Positions 36,936 to 47,492 of a stretch of 64,000 nucleotides of DNA are shown in pieces. Position 1 is the stretch's first letter. Every line of letters begins with the position of its first letter. Below the pieces are notes generated by a model. That model was not told the origin of the DNA. It did not search any database and saw only the letters and a list, made by a program, of their open reading frames with translations. A program made the translations under genes and the position numbers. This DNA is from Hydrolagus affinis (taxonomy: Eukaryota): NCBI GenBank assembly GCA_012026655.1, contig JAAILG010000050.1, positions 62,001 through 126,000 of the forward strand. Direction: 5' to 3'.

Positions 36936-37787
36936 CTGATTGTAAGCAAACCAGTTTCAGCCAAGCAGTACCAAATGCACACCTGGGCATCATCAAGCTT
37001 TTGCTCTTGACAACTTGCATCTAATATCCTAGGAAATCGGGGGATATCCCCCAGTGATATAAATTGCATTCCACTCCAGACACGGGGAAATTTCCACGTG
37101 TATTTAGCATACATATGTGGAACTCTCAGTCTGCTGTGGATACTCTTGAGGATGGTGATGTGCTTCTGCTAAATAAAAGCTATGGAGATCATCAATTTTA
37201 AACATGACAAGCACTTAAGGTAGACTAATTAAAACGATGCCCCAAGCCTTGGTAAAATCTGAAAAAAATAAGTAATTCCAATTCATAATAAATGTACACA
37301 TTGCAAACTAGGCTCAGGTGCACTCACTCAATGTCACAGTACATTGCTAACTTGTTACTAGTGATTTAAAAGAAACAGCATTATTACTGCAGTTGATACG
37401 TACACTAATTATGATATACAGCGCTGCGCTTCTTACCAAGAAAAGTTAACATTCTTCGCAATTAGCTATCCTTGGCTTTGTTAAGCAAGAATACATTACA
37501 AACTGTGCTATGTAAATGAACTCTTAATAGAAAAGTTTTTTTTGTCAAAGTTGCTATATACAGAAAATAGAAATTTTGCAAAATCATTGATTTTGAAAAC
37601 AGCATCTCAATACAGCATCATTTAATTTAAAAGTTAATGGATTACATTGATTAGTACAGACCTTTTGAAAGGATTTTACAATTAATAAGATTCACTATTC
37701 TTAATGCAGAGCACCTACCAAATTAAGTTATTTTCTAAAACACAACCCTCTATTGCTACTCTGATCACAATAATTTTAATACAATAC

Positions 37788-37988
37788 CTCTTCTCGTTTC
37801 TCCACAGATTTCTGCTTCTGCCCCAAACACTTTGCATTGGCTTCAATCTCATCCTTTGGATTGCTGAGTTTATCCCGCATTTCAGTTGCATTCTCCAATT
37901 CTTTTGTTTGTCTCCTCCCCTCCTCTGAATCCCGACAGACTACTTTTAAAAATATTTCATTTAGATATTCATACATAGCCTTTAGCAT
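37788..37988 (-). CDS. SLC25A25: SLC25A25 putative alternative first exon, isoform c-like (MLKAMYEYLNEIFLKVVCRDSEEGRRQ...QKSVEKREE)
   Basis: 201 nt from aaaATG to GAG|gtattg, phase 0 compatible with the common exon; weak similarity to human MLQMLWHFLASFFPRAGCHGSREG...EKR (recalled); lies between the b and a first exons. Confidence 0.65.
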
Positions 37989-38731
37989 TTTGTGTACTTG
38001 ACAACTCTTTGTTTAGTGTTGCTAATAGAGAGATGCTGCAGAAATCGGGACTGCAAAATGAAGACCAAGCACAGGTCAAATGAATATGTGCGAAAGAAAC
38101 GCAGAGTACAGTCTCATTCTCTCTGCAGTGTCAAAAAGCCTGCAGACTCATTGCAGTATTTTCCTAGCCAATGACTGAAAGAGATACTAACACATGTATT
38201 ATTTGAGCGACATTCCTTAGCCAATAAAACCTCAGTAGAGCTTTCTGCTGTTTAATCTTCATGGGATTACTAAACAAAAAAATTGTCAAGTATTCATTCA
38301 TCTCCATCACTTTATCATTTGCTTTACGAGAACTTCATGCTTTAGATGCAGATAAATTTACTGGGATACTGGAAAAATTAAACTATGTACAATTTGTTTT
38401 TAGGGATGCATGAGGAAACAAAGATTGAGCTAATCTCATTAGGATTCATCTCAGTACACAGCACAAAAACAGTGATTATTCCCACAACACAATTTGATTC
38501 TACATCACTATTGTGCCACAGATTTATAAGTGAGTTTTCATCTATTATACCCTTAATTCTTTGGAATTCCATTCCTGCCTCACATTCTCCAATCTGGTCA
38601 TCAAAACCTCCCTCCTTTGACTGAACCTTTGATTAACTTTTCTCTACGACCACCTTCTCAAGTATCTTACATTATCCATGTAAATGTTTCAATCTGTTTT
38701 CCTCTGAAAGGAGCAATACAGGTACAAACTA

Positions 38732-38942
38732 CAGTAAAAGCTTGTTTAACCAGTACGCAATCAACCGTAACTTCCGTATAACCTGTATCGCAAAAAAAAA
38801 TCCACTTTCGAATAACCGGATTTAACCAGAAAAATGCATTTAAATTTTTTAAAATTTGTTTGCGTTTTAGGCCGAATATCTGGCACGCACTTTAACCGCC
38901 ATTGGCCAGGTCCCGAGGTGACTGATAAACGGGCTTTCACTG
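38732..38942. mobile_element. TcMar-Tigger-type MITE
   Basis: TIRs CAGTAAAAGCTTGTTTAACC and (reverse complement) CAGTGAAAGCCCGTTTATC; TA on the left flank; subterminal GGTCCC. Confidence 0.7.
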
Positions 38943-41086
38943 AACTGACAATTAAATTGCTGTCTCCTTGACTCTATAGACATATAATTACAATACTTAT
39001 CCTTGCATTTGATATAGCGCCACATCATATCTTCGAGGCGTCTAAAGCGCTTCTCAAGACTATTCAGTAAAGTGAACTGACTGTATATTTTGTGGATGAA
39101 ATTTGACTGTATGTAAAGAACAAAAGAATAAACAATTGTCCAGTTAATACTGTTGGGTAGATGAAGAGAAAATAGCATCAAAGTAGATTTGTTGCTATTG
39201 GCTGGTAGCGATGAATCTACAAAGTAATAAATTCTAAATAAAATATGGTAAATTAATATAGCTATTATATAGGACAACCAATTTTGTAAAGATGTGATAT
39301 AAAGGCTTTGCAAAAAAAAAAATTGTGTTTGAGAAACCATTACATAAACTAGTTTACAGAAGTAAGTTATGGGGGTATGGGGAGATGATTGATAAAAGGT
39401 CTCATAAAAGGAGCATTTTTTAAAAATAGTTCATATAGGTGATAAAGCCTCCTGTGGGACTGTCAGCCAGCTAGAGATAGCGTACTATACTGCTTTGCAA
39501 TAGTGGTAATGTCTAGAGAGAAGAATTAATTATCCAAAGTCCAATATTGTTTACCATTGTGATTCTATCCAGCGCCTCGGGATGTCCCCCTGACCTAAAA
39601 GGCGCTATACAAGTGTAATTTTGTTGTTGATGTTGTCTATCTTTGCGGAACAGACTTTCACATGGAACCACTATTTTGGATGTTGTAACCTCTCAAAGTA
39701 ATAGAAGGGAACATACTCAAGGCAAAATCTAATGTTCTGTTAACTACCATGGTTCTGATGTTTAGAATGATTCCTTTGCTGCAGCGTGTTTTGTTTATGT
39801 GATGTCTTCTCAAAGGCACCAATTTAACTTAAGTTAGTTAGCTAAAGACAATGCTTCATAGGTAACAGATATAATAATACTTGCATTTGATACAGCGCCT
39901 TATCTTCTAGATGTCTCAAAGCGCTTCACAGACTATACTGTCAAGGGAATGAACAGTATATTTGTGGGTGAAACAACAACAACAACAACAAAATTACACT
40001 TGTATCGCGCCTTTCACATCAGGAGGACATCCTAAGGCACTGAAAGTAAAAGTGAAGAGGCCAAGAGAATACAAGACCAAATAGAAAGCAAGTTTCTGCA
40101 TTACCCATCTTTAGCTGTGAGAAACTGACGCTCACCCAGATTCTTGTGAGATATATCATTGCATAATTATACAGTTCCTTCTTTTGGGTGCCATAAATTG
40201 TCCATGGCTGTGGAATAATCCTTATAGGCCAAAACATACAAAATCACATTGCCAAGCTGGCAACTAGAAAAGAAACGAATATTATCTCAGTTAACAACAC
40301 AAATATTGGCACAATTGTATCTGTTCAAACATCTCTTCAGACAATACTTCAGAGCTATCAACATAAATAAATCTACCAGTATTACCACTGAAAACTGAGG
40401 ATACAAGGTGAGTCAAAAAGACAATAAATCATACTAATGTAGTTAACTAGCAAGATCAGAATTCATATGCAGTACTGTACTGTAGTAATAATCCTTGCAG
40501 TTGATATGGCACCTTATCACATAAAAACATCTCAATCTACTTCTCATGGTTTGCTGTAAATTATAGTGACTATTTTGTAGGCAAATATAGTTGCAAATTT
40601 GCACACAGCAATCAAAAAGATCCCAAAACTCCCAAGTACTGTAAATGACTAATGTCAATATACAAAAATAAACTAATTATGACAACCATTAAAGTGATCT
40701 AGTGTCAATTACCATGAAATATGCTCAACAGTTTATGCATATAGCTAACACCTTTCATATTGGGAGAAAGTTTCAAAGCACTCAGTATCCCTTCGAACAT
40801 ACTTACAGTCACCTCCTCCCTCCCACCCCTGCGGAAGGCTCAAACACTGTAATGTGCTCCAAGACTCCACCCTCATCGCGTGAATGCCGCAATCTGAATG
40901 CAATGTTATTTTGGAAAAGGAGAAAAATAGACCTGTGTAGTCACAACAAAATGATAGGCATTTATCAGCACACCAAACAGTGTCTCTTCTATCTGGCTCA
41001 GCTACTGGGAGGGAGAGTCCTTTGGGCATTGCTTTTTGGCAGTGGCACTCATGACTTCTTACCCGCCTTTTTATATCAACAACAAC

Positions 41087-41464
41087 TAGGGTCCGTCGAT
41101 ATGGAAATTTTCCGATATTAATATATCGGTGGGCTCATATCGATATATACCAATATATCGATATCACCGTTTTTTTTTTATCCTGTGTATGTGCGCGCAT
41201 TCCAATGTGCGCGCGCATTCCTATATGCGTGCTCTAGGCCCAGGAGGTTTGCAATGCTGGCGACAAAGTAAGTTGAAAAAGTTTTATATTATACCGATAT
41301 AACCAATATATCGATATATCGCCGGATACTATATACTGATGTTTTTCGATATACCGATTTTTTTAATACCAAATTTTTCGATATACCCATGTATTCACAT
41401 TTCCAATATCGGCATATTGATATGAAAAATTATACCGATGTAACCGATATATCACCAGACACTA
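41087..41464. mobile_element. hAT-like MITE with many CGATAT/ATATCG subterminal repeats
   Basis: Imperfect TIRs TAGGGTCCGTCGATAT and (reverse complement) TAGTGTCTGGTGATAT; 8-bp flank ACAACAAC on both sides, in the (CAA)n tail of an L2. Confidence 0.78.
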
Positions 41465-41690
41465 ACAACAACAAAATTACATTTATAGAACGCCTTTCAC
41501 GTCAGGAGGAAATGAAAATCTTAAGCCCTTTGCTGCCACTGGATTTCTATGTAACAAGACAATAATCCTTGTTTTCGACATTAACATCTCATCGCATCAT
41601 CTAGATGTCTCAAAGTGCTTCACAGTAGAATTCTGTGATTATGTCACTGATTATGTCACAAAACTCAAAATACTACAGATGCTGGAAATC

Positions 41691-41911
41691 TGAAACAAAA
41701 ACAGAAGTCGCTAGGAAATCTCAGCAAGTCGGGCAGCATCCATGGAGAAAGGAAAGTGGGTCAATGTTTCGGGTCCAGGACCCTCCGTCAGAACTGAAGG
41801 CCAGGCATTCTGCCGAAGGGTCATGGACCCGAAACGTTGATTCATTTTCCTTTCTCCAATGGATGCTGCCTGACCTGATGAGTTTTCCCAGAGACTTCTG
41901 TTTTTGTTTCA
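41691..41911. mobile_element. Inverted pair of Penelope-like terminal repeats, each with a degenerate hammerhead motif
   Basis: Arms ~41691-41793 and ~41808-41911 are reverse complements and homologous to 6391-6495; inserted in a degenerate SINE. Confidence 0.72.
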
Positions 41912-42489
41912 TACTGATTAAGTATTTGGAGGTAAATGTGGCAGTCAACCTGTGAACAGCAATGGTCCACACATAGCCATAAACTAAACTAGGCGAGATA
42001 TTCTAATCCCTCCTTAAATGACTTGAGCCTTTTAATGGTTGTAAACAGCAGAACTAGCTCCAGGGCGAAATGCTTTGGAATTTTTCCCCCTGTGCTGGTC
42101 TCGGGAAGGATAGCTTGCCAGACAGTGCCATCGATACCAACCTGTGCAGATTTAGCTGTTAAGACTCCGGTAGCTACCCCCAAGGCACACTTTGTGGTCC
42201 CCAAGCCTCGGCTCTTGACAACTTGACCCGAATACTGCCTGGAATTAGGTAAGCGGGATGCTTCTCTCCAGGGAGAGAGTGCATGTTCCATTCCAACAAC
42301 CTATCTCTGGGATTCTCAAGTGTAGGCGGGATATGGTGATCGGTCAGGTTTCCCCCATATGTCAGACACCCAAGCGACTGAATCAAAAATAGTAATGGTG
42401 AATCATTAGAGTTTTACAATTAATACTGATCAGAGTAAAGCAGATAATCAATCCCCCCCCCCCCCCACACACACCCTATTTACAGGTAA

Positions 42490-43390
42490 ATAATGAGGTG
42501 GCGGCCATCACTTCACCCACATTTCACTGCGGCCTACAGCTCTCGCCGGCGTTTCCAAGCGCCTGTCCCGTGAGGCGGACAGATCTGCCGCCGCCAAAAA
42601 CGCTCTCTCTTCCCCGGCTGATGAAATAGGGGAAAGACTCACCTTCAGCTCGGACTCGGTGCGGTAGACCCCCAGGCGCTCCAAGCCGGTCGCCAAGTCG
42701 TTCACACACAAGCCCCCGTCCTTGTTGACGTCGAGCTGCTGGAAGAGGGCTTGATGGCGCCGCTCCTGCTCCACCCGGGCCGCCTGTCCTTGACCGTCTG
42801 CCGGGGACTCCGACTCACACTCGCAGAGCAGGCCGCTGAACAACGGAGACTCGCCAACAAATTGTTTCATCCCCCAAACTAAATCTCGGAGGTGAAATGA
42901 ACGGTTGGGATTGTGAAACCCTTGTCTCTGTCCCTGTCTCTGTCCGCCTGTCAAACCGACCAGAACCCGCCCGCACGCGATCCTTCCGGCGAGAACAAGC
43001 CTCACGAGCTGAACCGCGGTTCCGCGCGCTGTGCGTCACCGGCCCGCAGCGTTTGTAGCCCAAAAAGTAGCCCAATAGTAGGTTGCGGAGTCCTCCTACA
43101 TGTGTACCGGAGTGGCAGTTGAAACTGTGTTAAGAGATGAGGAAGCAACGTTTTACAGGTTTAACTTTTTTTTCAAAAAAAATTACCTGAGACACCCGCC
43201 CAATGCTACAGTACAACTGGCCTCATTGGTCAGCCAAGCATCCCCTGGGCTGTCAATCTAATGATTGACAGCGCTCTCCGCCACTAGCCACTGTCGCTCT
43301 GCCCCTCTCGCCGGCGGTCAACCAATCAACGTTCGCAACCCAGGCGAGGAGTAACTGATTGAGTGGTTTATGTGCGAAGCGAAGGCGGGC
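42490..43390 (-). promoter_or_regulatory. CpG island / distal SLC25A25 promoter with several CCAAT boxes
   Basis: Abrupt rise in GC/CpG content; CCAAT/ATTGG motifs near 43200, 43226, 43322. Confidence 0.7.
42643..42870 (-). CDS. SLC25A25: SLC25A25 alternative first exon, isoform b-like with EF-hand 1 (MKQFVGES...LFQQLDVNKDGGLCVNDLATGLERLGVYRTESELK)
   Basis: 228 nt to AAG|gtgagt in a CpG-rich island; gives 492 aa (504 with the cassette). Confidence 0.93.
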
Positions 43391-43461
43391 AGATGCGTGA
43401 ATACATAATAATACTTGCATTTGATACAGCGCCCTTATCACGCCTTCCAGACGTCTTAAAG

Positions 43462-43723
43462 CAGTGGTTTCCAAACTGTGGGGCGCACCTCCCTTGGGGG
43501 GCGCGGTGCCCTTGGCTGGGGGGGTTAGTGCGGAGCTTTAGGGTCTCGAGCCCGTGAGTGCATGTGAGGCTGAGGCGGAGCGGCCCCGGCTCCTGACCCA
43601 GCGGGCACCGTGTGCGGAGCTGAGGACCCGCGTGCGTGGAGCCCAGTGTGAAGGGAGGGCAACAAAACGTTGCTGAGTTGGGGGGGTGGGGGTGCGCCGC
43701 TATTCAAAGTTTGGAAGCCACTG
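43462..43723. mobile_element. hAT-Charlie-type MITE, GC-rich
   Basis: TIRs CAGTGGTTTCCAAACT / AGTTTGGAAGCCACTG; degenerate TSD TCTTAAAG / TTTTAAGG; inserted in a SINE tail. Confidence 0.78.
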
Positions 43724-44829
43724 TTTTAAGGTACAGTATGTGAAAATTAATCGATTTCACCTCCCGACGTGAAAGGCGCTCTATAAATGTAATTTTGTTG
43801 TATTGCATTCGACAATACCTCCTGTCAATACTACTGCAAACATCAAGTATTTGTTAAATTGAATGGTCAGTTTAATAATACAACAGCTTTCATTTATATC
43901 CCATCTCGGATCGCTGGGTTCTCAAACTCTTGTACTCAAACTCTATATTGTTCTTAACCTATAACTTTTGATTCCAAGGTCTACTAAATGAGCCAGACTG
44001 ACACATAAATAATAATCTTTGCATTTGATATAGTGCCTTTCAAGTCTCAAAAAAATTCACAGTATTTACTATAAAGTGTAGTGAAAGTGTATTTTGTAAG
44101 TGAAAACAGTAGTCAATTTGTGCCACAAAGTATATGACAAATAATATCTGGAGAATGTTGGCCAGGACACTGAGAAACTTCCTTCAGTTTGTAAATAATG
44201 CAATGGAATGTTGAACATCCACCTGAATAATCAGACAGATGCTTGGATTAACATGTCATCTGAAAGACAAGAACTCTAAAGCTCTCGCATTCCTGCATTG
44301 GTGAGTCAGCTGAGACTGAGCTCAAAGTCCTGTCAGTTTGCCAAATTCACAACTTCTGAATCATAGGTAAAAGTTCCTTCAACGCCCCAATAAAAAATAA
44401 ATTCCTGGTAATGTATTTGAAAGTTAGGACAATAATTTGGCTTGGTTTAAGCAATTTGTTTATCTTGGATAAAGGTTATAATCTTGTGACTTTTAATTTC
44501 TTCATGGTTTGGTTTATTTGCAGACAGACCTACTGTCACTGTGGATGCCCTAAACTGTGAAATATACAGTACATGAGGTGCAAAAAAAGTTGAATATGAT
44601 GGCTAACAATCCATCCTTCAAAAGTGAGGGCTCATCTGCCTGTTCAGGTGGAAATTAATGATCCTATGGCACAATCCTATGGCACATGTCGACTTGTCAA
44701 CAGTTCTGTTGACAATTTGGGAAGAGAAGGGATTTTCTTCAGATAAAATTGGTTATTTATTTCTTGGTTGCCTAAAAGGGATCTTTGGATGTTAGTTGAC
44801 TCACCGCTCATTATTATCAAAACCGTGTG

Positions 44830-44972
44830 AGGCAGCAATAAACAAGGCAAATCGGATAATGGGATATATAGTATTGTATTGCTAAATCAGTTGAATTTAG
44901 ATTCCCAAATTTCATACTCGGACTGTACACTCACCTGGTCAATCTGAACCTAGACTACCCTATACAGTTCAT
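44830..44972 (+). mobile_element. CR1 LINE ORF2 fragment
   Basis: Translates as AINKANRIMGYI...KSVEFR...LYTHLV...LDY, a decayed CR1 RT C-terminal motif. Confidence 0.6.
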
Positions 44973-47198
44973 AGAGGATCTTATACTGTATAACATTTTA
45001 AATGGGATCCAGAACAATACTTTAGGATAATAATCCTTACATTTCATATACAGTAGTACTTTTTTCTTCAAGAGGACTTCGCAAAGCACTTCAGAGAATG
45101 TGCTGTAAAGTACTGTAGTTTCACTCCATTTTATGGGCAGCTAATGTATGCACAACAATGAACCGCAAACAGTTTTGACGTGAATTAATAATTTTATTTG
45201 GGAGATTGTTGGCCAAGACACAAGAGAGAATAAAAATAGATAGATTCATTGTTGCAAAGGGAAATTGTAGCATGGATACCAGGAAGTTTTGGTACATCAT
45301 ATGCAAGAATTATTTTTATTTACTATATTCAGTCAGTGGCAGGGAAGCACTGTTGAGATTGTACATGGCACTCATCAGTTCTTCCATTAAATATAAATGC
45401 TTTGATCAAATCACCCAAACACTTCAGTTCCAGAGAATACTGAGTCACAACCTACCCAACTTTTCAATTGCTCCCACCCACCATGCTTGGTATCATTCTC
45501 ATTATCCTGGACTACACTCAATCCATAGCAAAAAAAATCCTTCCCGTATACAAGGAACCCAAATTATAATAATAACCTTAAATTTGATATGGGAAGATGT
45601 CTCAAATGTGCATCAGAGGATTTACTCTAAAGAGAAAGTGATTGTATTTACACACAGCATACAAGAAAACTGAATTCAGCACTGAACAAATACAATTTAA
45701 TGGTAGACATGTGTGTGTAGAAATATCGGTTTCATTAATAGAAAATGGTCGAGACTTGTGCAAAATTTTGCACAGCAAGAACATTACAGGCCTTTTGAAA
45801 CCTGCATCCACTTCAAGCATTCTGAAGTGGTGAAGTAATCAAAGCACTTACTCACCCATGTAGTTGTTTGATAATGATAATTGGACTTTAGAATAGATAT
45901 TCCAGTACCTGCCTCTCCATCGCAAATTAGTTGAAGTTTATAGGATTATTGTCGGCAAGATTAATTATTGATCTCTGGCTGGCAATAGCGGAAAGATTAA
46001 TTCTTCACTCAAGCCAGTCCCACTATAAAGTCAATTTACCTTCTGTATGAGTTTATTAAGAGGCAAAACAATATAACTGATTCACCACTGAATTAACCAT
46101 CCTTTTGCATCCGAATGCATGACGTTCACCAATAAAATAGTTGCCACATGTTGCTGTAAATCCTGGGAAGTGCTTTGTGACACGTTTCCAATATGAAAGA
46201 TGTTAAATCAATTTCAAAGATGGATTATTAACATTCTGAATGCTTTATGTGAACATGTGAAATATTTCTCCTCTTCTGAAGATGGTAATAATTCGATAAA
46301 GAACCTTATCACGCCGTTAAAACGTCTTAAAGTACGTCACAGGCTAATGTATAACGGATGTTATTTTGTGAGCAAATGTGGTAGCCAATTTGCACATAGC
46401 AATATTCCACAAATAACCATGGACTGAGTGACAAATGTTATTTGCGGTATTGTGCCCAACACACTTTTCTTCGTGGGAGAGAATGCTTTCAACTTTTGTG
46501 CTTGTTTGTGCAAGGTTTTTCCTACCTTCTGGAGTACATGAAATTTTGAACATGACCAAAGCCTCGAAACAAATAATTCTGTATTAATAAATTAACATCA
46601 AACTATTCTATTTCCACCGCGTTAAAGTATCAGCTAGCAGTACAGTGTGACAGAAACCTCATACACGTGATAATATGTATAGAAAATTCAAGGTAAACTT
46701 GCTTGCTAGCACCATGCTTCAATGATTAAATATGTACCAAGGTTTCAAGATTTCTTATCTACTTTTCTGAACAACAGAAATGTTAGCTCGTACATGGGAC
46801 TTTTATTTACCACAGTTCAGACACAATATTGAAGACTGTTGTTGCTGTATTTCTCTTTTACGCTAGAAGAAAAGGCTGCTTAATTGTTCTCTTTGGGGTA
46901 TTTTGGGGCTGACAGTGAACAATGCAAAACATGGTTTGTACAAACATTTGGTTCAGTTAAGTACAACAAATCAACTCTAGTGTATAAGAGAAACTGTTCA
47001 TTTCTGAAGAGGAAATGACATTCTAAAATATTTTTGCTTCTAATTTCCCATAAAGGATATTTACTTCTTGAATGTTAATAATATACTAATTTGCTGTTCT
47101 TGCACCTGAAATGTATTAACGCACACTTTCAATGTAAAATCATCTGCCATAATTCATATCACTCACTTAATTTGACTGTGTTATGCACCATCGTTCAG

Positions 47199-47492
47199 TG
47201 GAGTCCTATAGTTCAGTGGTTAGATCACTTGCATTGCAAGTGAGAGACCTGTGTTCGATTGCCAGCAGGGTGGAACCTTGGGCAAGTTTCCTTACTCCTG
47301 ATAATAATCCCTCAAGAAAAAAAAAAAAAATTGGTCACTTCAAACCATAACAGGTTGTGGGATGCTACTGTGTGCAATTGGCTGTTGCATTTCGCCCACA
47401 AACATATAGTCAATTTACTTTACAGTATATTCTGTGAAATACTTTGAGACGTCTAGAAGACGTGAAAATCGCTATATTAAATGTAAGGATGA
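47199..47492 (+). mobile_element. Full-length DeuSINE
   Basis: TGGAGTCCTATAGTTCAGTGGTTAGA head through to tail. Confidence 0.83.

Noticed and set aside
41087-41464. Iterated short repeats suggesting a CRISPR-like array
   Set aside because: Eukaryotic DNA, irregular spacing, no repeat-spacer structure; explained as MITE subterminal motifs
42871-43005. In-frame upstream extension of the SLC25A25 isoform-b ORF
   Set aside because: Starts at GTG with no ATG and no recognisable homology; more likely GC-rich 5' UTR
45206-45673. 155-aa ORF in the interval where NAIF1 would be expected
   Set aside because: TTG start, mosaic of CR1 and SINE remnants, no Myb/SANT motif
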